A DNA stretch of 64,000 nt from Malacoraja senta (lineage: Eukaryota): assembly GCA_038087875.1 (NCBI GenBank), contig JAXLNO010000182.1:1-64000 (forward strand). Reading direction: 5' to 3'. The notes beneath the pieces were generated by a model. That model was not told the origin of the DNA. It ran no database searches and saw only the letters and a list, made by a program, of their open reading frames with translations. A program made the translations under genes and the position numbers. Below are positions 1 through 12,364 of the stretch, in pieces (within the stretch, counting starts at the first letter, position 1; every line of letters starts with the position of its first letter).

Positions 1-120
1 AAATAGAAATATTGACATAGAGTAATATTTAGATAAAGTCTACTCCGTTGTAGAAACAAAGCTGTTGGAATTAAACCCACTGAATCTGAAAACGAGCCCA
101 TCTCTTTTCGATTTACATCC

Positions 121-190
121 CATGCAATCCATTCTGGGAGCGCGGCAGAAACTCCCAGCACGCCGCGGCGTACGGCGGGAAGCGGCCGAG
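121..190. promoter_or_regulatory. CpG-rich promoter-like patch with two divergent ZNF143/Staf-like sites and an E2F-like site
   Basis: CTCCCAGAATGGATTGCA (minus, ~123-140), ACTCCCAGCACGCCGCG (plus, 151-167) and GGCGGGAA (174-181). Confidence 0.35.
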
Positions 191-1060
191 CCTGTTAGCG
201 GTCGTAAGATCCGGCGGACCGTTGTCTGCAGGGAGGTGGACGGGCGGAGAGAGGGATATCACATCCTAGATGCCGATGGCTGAAGGCTCGCAGCAGCCTG
301 GGGCTCGCCTGGATCGGGCACCGCTCATAAGAACTAGAGCGGACTGGACTTTGAAAATGGCGCCATAACATGGCACTTCTTTCATGCGGGATTAGTGTAA
401 AATTACTTTAGACCTGTTGATCCAGGATGTGCTTAGGTATGGTAATACTGGACTGTATGTAAGAAACGAATTTTACTGTGCGTTTGCACATGTGACAATA
501 AAAACACTCTGGCACAATGTTTCAGTCTGAAGAAAGGTTCTGATTCGAAAGTACTGTCCTTCCTCTGCAGATGCTGCCTGACTCGCTGATTTCCTCCAGC
601 ACTTTTTTTGTTCAAGTTTCCAGTATCTGCAGTTCTGTCTGTCTCCTTGTAATCCGGTGTCGTTCATGATGACTAAGAGATTTATATTCTCGGCTGTAAA
701 AGGTGTTCCGGCAACTGGTGCAATGAATTTATTTTCTTTGCATTTCGTAGCCTCATCACTATTTCTAATATAAATGATTTTATGTGACACCAATTCTTCC
801 CGTTGCACTTTAAAGTCTTCCAGTGTCCAGTGCCTGAGCATCACGCCCATGAACAGATGCACACACACACTCACTCACAAACACGAATCTGCACACACAG
901 CCCCATGAAATTACATGCGTACAGACACGAATCTGCACAGAAATACCCACTGACAGATACACGAACAGGAATGTACACAGACAAACACATGCGAACATGA
1001 CTATATGAACATATGCTCACATATACAAAGACAAATCTACATGTGCACATATATACACAC

Positions 1061-1063
<3 letters not shown>

Positions 1064-1104
<41 letters not shown>

Positions 1105-1106
1105 CC

Positions 1107-1179
<73 letters not shown>

Positions 1180-1210
1180 CTCTCTCTCCCTCTCACTCTC
1201 TCTCTCTCTT
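1064..1210. repeat. (CT)n microsatellite with CA-rich and CT-rich low-complexity flanks (~860-1340)
   Basis: Seen directly. It explains the LSLSLS ORFs. Confidence 0.97.
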
Positions 1211-2042
1211 CCTCATTGTGTGTTTCTCTCCGTCTCTTTTTGCCTTCCTCTTTCCGATCCCTGCTTCCATCAGTCTCCCTCTATATATATTTCTTCCCAC
1301 GTCTCTTTTTCTCACCATCTCTCTATTTCTCTCTTTCTGCTGTCTCAGCCTAATCATATTTTTCTGTGCATTTCTCGCTTTTTCACTCTTCCTCGCCCTA
1401 TGTGCAAAGATTCGCCATTTATTCCCATTCAGCCAGTTATTCTCTCACTCGGCACCTCCCCATTAGCTCTTCCATTCTAAGGAGTCCTCGCCACAATGCA
1501 CACATCAGTGTTCCCACCAACACTCCTTCTTCTCTGCCAGTTAAACAACGTTCGAGGTCCGCGGAATAAATAACTTCCTGAAATATTAAATCCCGCCTGT
1601 CTATCTCCACAGATGCTGCCGAGCCAACTAAATATGTTCTCCAATAATTGTATAGAATTTCGGTTTTCTAACACCCATACTCCATTTTACTGTTCATTTT
1701 GGGTCGCCATGTAACCGGTAACCAATAACAAAGCGTAATAAGAATTGTAGTTTAGTTTCGAGATACAGCATCGACCCACCGAGGCCACACTGATCAACAA
1801 TCACCCATTCACACTATTTGGACGTCATCTCACTTTCACATGTACTCCCGTGTCTCTGACGCTGTGCGCAGCACCTCTACAAGCTGTGCCAGTGTCCCGC
1901 TCTTTTATCAACAAGAAGCACAATACTGTAGACACTGATTCTGTTTAGGTCAGGTACTGGGGCAGACTCCTTCCGTGGACAAAGAAACACGTTAATTGTG
2001 TCAGCTCGATGTGCCTTCATGAGAGTCCATTGGTATTTTGGA

Positions 2043-2074
2043 GCAAGTTGTATTCCCAGGGGAATACAACTTGC
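2043..2074. repeat. Perfect 15-bp inverted repeat with 2-nt spacer
   Basis: GCAAGTTGTATTCCC-AG-GGGAATACAACTTGC. Confidence 0.9.
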
Positions 2075-2084
2075 AATCAGTTTG

Positions 2085-2265
2085 CCTTGGAAACTTGCAA
2101 CCAGTCCGCGATCTCCCGATCTCCAAACACTTTAACTCCACTTCCCATTCCCATACAGACCTTTCTATCCTGGGGCTCCTCGACTGTCAGAGTGAGGTAA
2201 CAAGCAAATTAGCGGAACAACATCTCATATTTCGCTTGGTAAGGTTACACCCCAGCGGCTCCCAG
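2085..2265 (+). mobile_element. Penelope-like element fragment (C-terminus of GIY-YIG endonuclease)
   Basis: DLPISKHFNSTSHSHTDLSILGLLDCQSE...EQHLIFRL..LHPSG, homologous to ORF 45445..45885. Confidence 0.75.
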
Positions 2266-2879
2266 CCATGGGTGCAATACCACAATATTGGGAGGTTGTG
2301 CATTTATTCTAGAGGGTCTATACGGATAAACCTGGGAACTAACGGCCAGTGATTACAAAGGTGATGAGAGAGTGATTGGAAAGGATTCCGAGAGAAAAGA
2401 TCTCCCAGCAGTTGGAAAAACAAGGGCTGATTAGGGACAGTCAGAGTATGAGGGAAATCGTTGGTTGGCCCTAGTTTTGTTTTTCCACTTTCGCAGCAAC
2501 TCCCTGAACATTATACACAGGCCAATTAACCTCAAATACGCACGTGTTGGGATGTGGGAGGGAACCGGATCACCCGAACAAAACACTTGCAATCACATAA
2601 AGAACATGCAAACTTCACACAGATAACACTTGAGGTCAAGATCGAACCCATGGTCTCTGGAGCTGTGAGGCAGCAATTCTACCATTGTTCCTCCCCTATC
2701 TCTGCATAGATGGATTCTCTACCATTACGGGACATCCTATCTCTGCGGCGTTACAACACATTCCTCACTCAATCCCAGCTCCACCCCTCCATTCTACCCC
2801 TCTCTATCTTACAGGAGCGTGTTGTACACGGGATCATTTGGCACCAGTTCGTTTCCCGTTTTAGCCAGGTCTAATGATA

Positions 2880-3515
2880 ATTCAGTTCAGTCCAATCAGC
2901 AGAAAGACAATACACGTATACAATCGACCCATTACAGTGCACAGATACATGATAAGGGAACAACGTTCAATGCAAGGTAAAGCCAGCAAAATCCTATCAA
3001 GGATAATCCGAGGGTCACCGAAGTGGTAGATAGTAGTTCAGCACTCTGATCGTGGTAGGATTATGCAGTTTCCTGACAATATTCATATATGACAATATGA
3101 CAATTCCGGGAAGAAACTGTCCCTGAATATGAAGGTGTGCGTTTTCACACTTCTACACATTTTGCCTGATGGGAGAGGGGAGAGGGGAGAAGAGGGAGTG
3201 GCCAAGGTGTAACTCATCCTTGATTATGCTGCTGGTCTTGCTGAGGCAGGTGAGGTATAAATGGAGTCAATAGAAGGGGCTGGTCTGTGTGATGATCTGG
3301 GCTGCGTTCACAATTCGCTGAAATTTCTTAAGGTGTTGGATGGCGTTGTTACCAGTCCAAGCTGTGACGCATCCTTATAAAATGCTTTCCATGGTGCATC
3401 TGTAGAAGTTGTTGAGAGTTGTAGGGGTCATGCCAAGCGTCATAAGCGTTCTAAGGCAGTAGAGACGCTGGTGTGCTTTCTTGGTAGTTGCTTCAATATG
3501 GGTGGTCCAGGAGGA
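2880..3515 (-). mobile_element. Decayed Rex1/Babar-like LINE 3' fragment
   Basis: Resembles 5071-5925, with the same RT C-terminal and 3' UTR layout. Confidence 0.55.
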
Positions 3516-5070
3516 GTTGAAATTAAAGGCAATTAAATAGAAGCTACACTTGTTGTAATCTCATACTCCAGTTGGAGTTCGCCTCTGACCATGGTATCCC
3601 TTCTCTTACTCGAGTCCTGCCAACTTGTAGTGCTATTTGTCAGTGGAACTCCTAATTCTTCCCTTTAAATTTTTTTTCAAAGTAGGTTTCCAGCGATCAC
3701 AGCACCCTTCCAATTCAGTTATACCCACCCTCTACCGCGTGTAAACGTGCCTCCGAGCACACGGGACTTTGCTTTAATGACCCTGCACTGGTCCCATCCT
3801 TTCAAGCCATGCAGTAATCTAAACAATTAATTCAGCGCCATTTCTCAAATTACATTCCAGCTGTTCCCCATTTCTACCCACAGACTGCCGTATGCCATCA
3901 ACGTCAAATCAGTGCGAAATCACGTCATAATACAGTCTCCTTAACATCTGCCAGCAAAACAACACTGCTCAGTTCAGTTTAGTTTATTGTCACGTGTATC
4001 GAGGTACAGTGAAAAGCTCTTGCTGCGTGCTAACCAATGGAAAGACAATACATTATTACAATGGTGCCATTTATCGTTTACTGATACATGATAAGGGAAC
4101 AACGTTTACTGCAAGGTAAATCCAGTAAAGTCCGATCAAAGATAGTTTGAGGGTCACCAATGAGGTAGACAGTAGTTCAGGACTGCTCTCTTGTTGTGGT
4201 AGAATGATTCACTGCCTGATAACAGCGGGGAAGAGACGGTCCCTGGAGGTGTGCGTTTTCACACTTCTATACCTACTGCCCTTTCTACCAATGTCATTGG
4301 TGCCATTTGTTCTATTTGTCCATCCCAAAATTGATACTCTCCTATGTCCTGATGAAGTTCTATCTGCCAGTGCTCCTCTCAACTTAGCAGCTGATCCATG
4401 TACCTTTCTATTGTTCCATATTCTCTTTCACTATCCAGTAGTCACCAATTTCCGTGCCGCCAGTAGGTCCACCAACGTTCATATCAAAGCCATTTATGTA
4501 TATAATGCAACAATGCTCCAGTGCTCCGTTAATACTTCAGTCAGAGTAACAGCTCTAGCAATCTCTTCCTTTGCTTCCCATAAAACCTGGGATAGATCAA
4601 TTTATATTCACCGTTATATCTGATTCAATGGAAATCAGCTCCCTCTCAATTCAGGACTTTAATTAAAAAAACACACTTTTCCTTTCTGATAACCATCTTT
4701 AAACATACAGAATTGTGCTCATTGTTCGCAAAGTGTTCCCAATTGACATTTCCACCACTTGCCCAATTTCCTGCAAAGTGTAAAGTACTGGTCTCTCGAA
4801 GGACTCTCCGTTTAATGACCATTAAAGAATCTTTTAAATTCTGCCCTATTTCAGCGCCTTGCACGAAAGCAACCCCTCACTATCAGAGAAGTGTGACAAA
4901 AGCATCTCAAAACAGGCACACACAATGTACATGTGAAATAAGATACATTTCAAAGAACGGGCATGACCACCAAAATTAAAATATTTATATTCTCAGCATA
5001 TCCCGAATACTGAATACAAGCCGCAGGCACTTCTTATGGGTGTACTTTCACACAAGGACTGACCCGGATA

Positions 5071-5925
5071 AGATTCAAGATTCAAGATTCAAGAGAGTTT
5101 ATTGTAATGTGTCCCAGATAGGACAATGAAATTCTTGCTTTGCTTCAGCACAACAGAATATGGTAGGCATGAATACAGAACAGATCAGTGTGTCCATATA
5201 CTATTATATAAATATATACACACACATGAATAAATAAACAGATAAAGTGCAAATAAACAGATAATGGGCTATTAATGTTCAGAGTTTTGTTTGAGTTGAG
5301 TTTAATAACCTGATGGCTGTCGGGAAGAAGCTACTCCCGAACCTGGACGTTGCAGTCTTCAGGCTCCTGTACCTTCTACCTGAAGGTAGCGGGGAGATGA
5401 GTGTGTGGCCAGGATGGTGTGGGTCCTTGATGATTCTGCCAGCCTTTTTGAGGCAGCGACTGCGATAGATCCCTTCGATGGTAGGGAGGTCAGAGCCGAT
5501 GATGGACTGGGCAGTGTTTACTACTTTTTGTAGTCTTTTCCTCTCCAGGGCGCTCAAGTTGCTGAACCAAGCCCCGATGCAACCAGTCAGCATGCTCTCT
5601 ACTGTGCACTTGTAGAAGTAAGAGAGAGTCCTCCTTGACAAACCGACTCTCCGTAATCTTCTCAGGAAGTAGAGGCGCTGATGTGCTTACTTGATAATTG
5701 CATTAGTGTTCTCGGACCAGGAGAGATCTTCAGAGATGTGCACGCCCAGGAATTGGAAGCTCATGACCCTTTCAACCATCGACCCGTTGATATAAACGGG
5801 ACTGTGGGTCCCCATCCTACCCCTTCCAACGTCCACAATCAGTTCCCTGGTTTTGCTGGTGTTGAGAGACAGTTTATTGTGCTGGCACCATTTGGTCAGT
5901 TGGTCGATCTCACTTCTATACTCGA
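5071..5925 (-). mobile_element. Rex1/Babar-like LINE 3' fragment (RT C-terminus, DUF1891-type) with (TTGAATC)n tail
   Basis: ORF 5279..5641 reads FYKCTVESMLTGCIGAWF...LPSGRRYRSLKTATSRFGSSFFPTAIRLLN. Tandem GATTCAA tail at 5071-5093. Confidence 0.8.
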
Positions 5926-7489
5926 TATCAGCATATGATTTAATTTACAAAATTATGCACCATGCATGCAGATCTGTAAAGTTTAAAGTGTAAAATATAG
6001 TGAGAACATGTGAAAAGTGCGGTTAGGCCACATTTAGGGTATTGTTTGCACTTCTGCTCAACACAGTACAGGATGAATGTGAAGATTTTGGAGAAGATGC
6101 AGAATAGGTTTATCAGGATAAAGCAACCAGTGATACAGACCCTTCGGCCCCATTATCCACGCCCAGCATGATGCCAAATTAAACTAACCTCTTCCGCACA
6201 TGATCCATGTCCCTGCAATCCCTGCATATCGAAGTGTGTATCTAAAGCCTCTTAAATGCCTCTATCTTATCTGCCTCAACCATTACCCCGAGCAGCATAT
6301 TCCAGACCCGTCGCTGTCTGTGTAGAACGACTTTGCTCCGAAGATTATCTTTCAATTGTGCCCCTTTAAGCTGTGCCTTCTAGTCTTTGACATTTTCATC
6401 ACAAGGCGTGGTTAGACAAATTCGGATTGTTTTCTCTGGGACGTTGGAGGCTGGGGCAAGACCTGATAGTAGTACATAAAATGATGAGAGGTCTAGATAC
6501 GATAGATGGTATGTTTTTTTTCCTTCAGAATAATAGTGCCCTACTTTTAAGTTGGGATAAGGGAAGTTTAAAGGAGATTTGTGAGACATGAATTTTTACA
6601 CATTAATAGGTGCCTCTGGTGGAACATCTGGTGGAATCAGATACAAAAACACGGTTTCAGAGGCACTTGCACGGAGACATACACAGGCAGAGAATAGTGG
6701 GATATGGACCATGTGCAGGCTGATGGGATTAGTTGAGAGTTTACACGTTGGGCTGAAGGGCCTGTCCCTGTGCTGCACTCAGTATCAACACGAATGCTGC
6801 AAGGGCCAAATGCGGGCAGGTGGAACTAGTTTAACAGGGACATGTTGGCCGGCAAGTTGGCTGAAGGGCCTGTTTCCACGCTATGCCACTCTGTGACTCT
6901 AAGTTATTGATTAATGCAATCTCTGGCTGAACACGTGACACTGTATCACATCCCCTGGTTACTCATTCAGAACTCCTGTAAATATAACATTCACCTTACA
7001 CACTCCAACTTTATCGAGCCTTGTCATCAAAGGGCCAGATGTGCTACATGCACTAAAATCACCTGGGCCATGAAGCTCCAGCGTCGGGGCGGTTGAATCT
7101 CCTGCGGCTTGGAGTTGCCGAAGTCGGTTTCTAACCAGGGACCGCGAGCTCCGTGATGTTAAAGTCCGCAGGCACCCGCGGTGGAACTCTCGAGGTCGGT
7201 CTCCAGTAGAGGCCGCCAACTCCTCGATGTTAGGCCGCAGTGTAGACGGAGATACGATACGGGGAAAAAATCGCATATCCGTCGAGGTAAGAGATTAGGA
7301 AAAGTCCCCCCACCCCCCTCCCCCCGACACACACACACATAAAGCAAGCTAAAGAACACTGACAACATACATTTAACACATACATACAACAAAGAAGGGA
7401 CAGGCAGGCTTTTGGCGAGGCAGCAATTGCTGGCGCCACCTGGTGGTTCATCTGGTGATGGTGTAGGCAGAGATGATCGTGGCGTTTAC

Positions 7490-8290
7490 GAGGCTTTTAG
7501 ATGGGCACATGGATATGCAAGGCATGGAGGGGATAAGTGGGAAATCTTTTAAGGATAAGGGGAAATCTTTTAGGACCGAGATGAGAAAAATATTTTTCAC
7601 ACAGAGAGCAGTGAATCTCTGGAATTCTCTGCCACAGAAGGTAGTTGAGGCCAGTTCATTGGCTATATTTAAGAGGGAGTTAGATGTGGCCCTTGTGGCT
7701 AAAGGGATCCGGGGGTATGGAGAGAAAGCAGGTACAGGATACTGAGTTGGATGATCAGCCATGATCATATCGAATGGCCGAATGGCCTACTCCTGCACCT
7801 ATTTTCTATGTTTCTATGGAGGGGTATGAATCATGTGCAGACAGAGGAGATTGGTTTGTTAAGGGCTTGGACACGCTAGAGGCAGGAAACATGTTCCCGA
7901 TGCTGGGGGAGTCCAGAACCAATTACCAATTACCAATTACCAATTACCAAGCACTTTATTTGTCCCCGAGGGGCAATTTAAACAAACAATACAGGGGCCA
8001 CAGTTTAAGAATAAGGAGTAAGCCATTTAGAACGGAGACGAGGAAACACTTTTTCTCACAGAGAGTGGCGAGTCTGTGGAATTCTCTGCCTCAGAGGGCG
8101 GTGGAGGCAGGTTCTCTGGATGCTTTCAAGAGAGCTAGATAGGGCTCTTAAAATAGCGGAGTCAGGGGATATGGGGAGAACGCAGGAACGGGGTTCTGAT
8201 TGTGGATGATCAGCCATGATCACATTGAATGGCGGTGCTGGCTCGAAGGGCCAAATGGCCTACTCCTTCACCTATTGTCTATTGTCTATT
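7490..8290 (+). mobile_element. Two CR1 LINE 3' fragments
   Basis: FRTEMRKIFFTQRAVNLWNSLPQKVVEA-type C-termini and TTCTATG/ATTGTCT tails. A ~70-bp (AATTACC)n-tailed insert sits at ~7920-7990. Confidence 0.85.
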
Positions 8291-9101
8291 GACTCTCTGC
8301 TTATGGAGAATGAGGAGCAGGTCTCTACATCAGCAAAGTTAATGAATTTAAGTAATATCTAAGGAATATTCTCCTTGTTTTTCACCAACCACACTGCTCA
8401 CCTAAGTGGGCTGTTAATTGATTGATTATACAGATACAGCATGGAAGCAGCCGCTTTACTTGTATGTTATCTCACCTTCGCATCCATACCCTACACAACA
8501 GGGACAATTTTATTAACCTACAAACCGCATGTCTTTAGCATATTTGGAGAAACCGGAGCAAGCCCACACGGTCACAGGCTGAATGTGCAACCTCCACAGT
8601 CAGCACCCGAGCTCAAGATTGAACCTGGGTCTCTGGCACTGTGAGGCAGCGGCTCCACCACTGCACCACTGTGTAGCAGCACAAACTGTTGTCCACTAAT
8701 TTGTATATTCTGTAATCAGGATATGATTTTGAATTTAACAGCAAGCCATGAGAAATATCTTCACACAGGAAATATAGTTTTGAAAAAAGGGCAGAAATGC
8801 AAGCTCTGTCAAAATTTAAAAAAAAATAAAAACAGGTTTGCATAGTAACTATTTAATTAGCTTAAAACCTGCAGTTTTGTTGACCTTTATTTGCACGGTA
8901 ACAGAAATGAAATAAATCAACATTTGGGTTATGGATGTGAAGAATCGATTATATATAAATTTTATTTATAGTTAAATTATAGTAAAGAAGAAACAACTAC
9001 TTATTGCAAGCCATTATTTAATAAAATTAAGTGAATTTGAAGAGGCAGTTCTAAAGCATTTATTTTGAATTAATTGAATTATACAATATATATTAAAATA
9101 T

Positions 9102-9809
9102 TTAGATAATGGGATTAAAATTAACACCAGCAAATTTGCAGATGACACAAAGCTGGGTGGCAGTGTGAACTGCGAAGAGGATGCTAGGAGGTTGCAGGGT
9201 GACTTGGACAGGTTGAGTGAGTGCGCAGATGCATTATAATGTAGATAAATGATACGTTATCCACTTTGGCGGCAAGATCAAGGAGGCAGAATATAATCTC
9301 AATGGTGTCAGATTAGGAAAAAGGAAAGTGCAACGAGACCTGGGTATCATTGTACACCAGTCAGTGAAAGAAAACATGCAGGTACAACAGGCAGTGAAGA
9401 AAGCCAATGGCATGTTGGCCTTCATAACGAGAGGATTTGAGAATAGGAGTGAAGAGGTCCTTCTGCAGTTGTAGAGACTCAGGTGAGACCACATCTGGAG
9501 GATTTTGTGCAGTTTCCATCTCCCAATTTGAGGAAGGACATCCTTGCTATTGAAGCAGTGCAGCGTAGATTCACGAGGTTAATCCCTGGGATGGCGGGAC
9601 TGCCATATGAGGAAAGATTGGAAAGAGTGGGCTTGTATTTACTGGAATTTAGGATGAGATGGGATCTTATAGAAATGTATAAAATTATAAAAGGACTGGT
9701 CAAGTTAGATGCAGGAAAAAATTCCCAATGATGGGGGAGTCCAGAACCCGGGGCCACAGTTCCAAACTAAAGGGAGGCCATTTATAACTGAGCTGAGAAA
9801 AAAAACTTT
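9102..9809 (+). mobile_element. CR1 LINE RT fragment
   Basis: [10 protein letters not shown] and RPHLE..VQF.SPNLRKDILAIE motifs. Confidence 0.9.
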
Positions 9810-9810
9810 T

Positions 9811-11160
9811 CATAGAAACATAGAAAATAGGTGCAGGAGTAGGCCATTCGGCCCTTCGAGCCTGCACCGCCATTCGATATGATCATGGCTGATCATCCAA
9901 CTCAGTATCCCATCCCTGCCTTCTCTCCATACCCCCTGATCCCTTTAGCCACAAGGGCCACATCTAACTCCCTCTTAAATATAGCCAATGAACTGGCCTC
10001 AACTACCTTCTGTGGCAGAGAATTCCACAGATTCACCACTCTCTGTGTAAAAAATGATTTTCTCATCTCAGTCCTAAAATACTTCCCTCTTATCCTTAAA
10101 CTGTGACCCCTAGTTCTGGACTTCCCCAACATCGGGAATAATCTTCCTGCATCTAGCCTGTCCAACCCCTTAACAATTTTGTAAGTTTCTATAAGATCCC
10201 CCCTCAATCTTCTAAATTCTAGCGTGTACATGCCGAGTCTATCCAGTCTTTCTTCATATGAAAGTCCTGCCATCCCAGGAATCAGTCTGGTGAACCTTCT
10301 CTGTACCCCCTCTATGGCAAGAATGTCTTTCCTCAGATTAGGAGACCAAAACTGTACGCAATACTCCAGGTGTGGTCTCACCAAGAACCTGTACAACTGC
10401 AGTAGAACCTCCCTGCTCTTATACTCAAATCCTTTTGCTATGAATGCTAACATACCATTTGCTTTCTTCACTGCCTGCTGCACCTGCATGCCCACTTTCA
10501 ATGACTGGTGTACCATGACACCCAGGTCTCGTTGCATCTCCCCTTTTCCTAATCGGCCATCATTCAGATAATAGTCTACTTTCCTGCTTTTGCCATCAAC
10601 GTGGATAACCTCACCTTGCAGCCTCCTAGCATCCTCGTCACAGCTAATACTGCCCCCCCAGCTTCGTGTCATCCGCAAACTTGGAGATGTTGCATTCAAT
10701 TCCCTCATCCAGATCATTAATATATATTGTAAATTGCTGGGGTCCCAGCACTGAGCCTTGCGGTACCCCACTAGTCACTGCCTACCATTCTGAAAAGGAC
10801 CCATTTACTCCTACTCTTTGCTTCCTGTCTGCCAGCCAGTTCTCTATCCAAATCAATACTGAACCCCCAATACCATGTGCTTTAAGTTTGCATACTAACC
10901 TCTTATGTGGGACCTTGTCGAAAGCCTTCTGAAAGTCCAGATATAACACATCCACTGGTTCTCCCTTATCCACTCTACTAGTTACATCCTCGAAAAATTC
11001 TATAAGATTCGTCAGACATGATTTACCTTTCATAAATCCATGCTGACTTTGTCCAATGAATTCACCACTTTCCAAATGTGCTGCTATCCCATCTTAAATA
11101 CCTGATTCCAGAATTTTTCCTACCACCGATGTTAGACTAACTGGTCTGTAATTCCCCGTT
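9811..11160 (-). mobile_element. CR1 LINE ORF2 3' part with tail
   Basis: ORFs 9902..10771 and 10782..11075 (QHGFMKGKSCLTNL, YLDFQKAFDKVPH). (TTCTATG)n tail at 9811. Confidence 0.93.
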
Positions 11161-12364
11161 TTCACCCAGAGAGTTGTGAATTTGTGGAATTCTCTGCCAC
11201 ATAAGGCAGTAGAAACCAATTCACTGGACAAATTTGAAAGAGACTTAGATAGAGCCCCAGGGGCTAGCGGAATCAAGGGATCTGGCGATAAGGCAGGCAC
11301 TGTTTACTGATTGTGGATGATCAGCCATGATCAAAATGAATGACGGTGCAGGCTTGAAGGGCCAAATGGCCTCCTCTTGCACCTATTTTCTACGTTTCTA
11401 TATTTAAAACGATTGTTACCAAACCTGAAAGCAACAAATGCAACTAATCTGTTCATAGTTTACGTTCTATTGATGTATTGTTCCTTCACATGCAGACATA
11501 GGTTTTTTGAATGACAAATAAAATAGTTACTAGGCAAGATTCTCAGTTAAGTTTGCACCACAGTCACCAAATTGGATAACATGAACAAACGCAAAGAAGA
11601 AATTAATTTGTAGATTTATTTGCTCATGTCAAATTTCAAAGCCTTCCTTTGAAATTCATATGCTAAACTATGAGGTGGATTTTGTAACCAGTTAAAGAGG
11701 ACCTTGGCAGGTTATCAGGATGAACTCTGAATTTACAAATGAAATATGGAGAAATGTGATGTTTAGATTAGTTTGGAGATACAGCGTGTAAACAGTCCAT
11801 ACCGATCACCATCACCCATACACTAGTTCTATCCTACACACTAGGGACAATTTAGAGGCCAATAAACCTACAAACCTGCATGTCATTGAGATATGGAAAG
11901 AAACTGGAGCACCCATACGGGTCACAGGGAGAATGTACACACTCCAGACAGTCAGCACCTGTAGTCAGGATTAAACTTGGATCTCTGGCGCTGTAAAGCA
12001 GCAACACTACCGCTCCGCCACTGTGCTGCCAGTGATTCATTGGGACAAAACCTGGACTAAGTTGCAGATGATTTATTGAATTGAATTGAATAATACAGCA
12101 TAGAAACAGGCCCTTGGGCCCATAGAGTTCATGCCGACTTGTGATCACCCGTACACACACGTTTAGGAACATCGTAACCTCAATATCAGAAGTTATACAC
12201 ATTTTCTTCACATTAACATTTTATAAGTGGCTTCAAAGCCTTCTCCTAACCAGCCTGTGAAGTCTCCTTCACGTTAACTTCTTATAATTGACTTTGAAGC
12301 CGATAGATTTGCTGATCTTTTATCAGCATTCCAGAATTTCGTGTAGATTTAAGTTGAGAAAAAT

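Noticed and set aside
803..1480. Several ORFs of 60-155 aa
   Set aside because: They are translations of CA/CT low-complexity sequence.
1430..1580. Possible minus-strand exon after ATATTTCAG (EVIYSADLERC...)
   Set aside because: No recognisable domain, no partner exons and no other support.
7070..7445. CpG-rich segment with a donor-like GAGGTAAG and short ORFs
   Set aside because: It lies among repeat fragments and looks like a retroelement UTR; there is no evidence for a gene or a family assignment.
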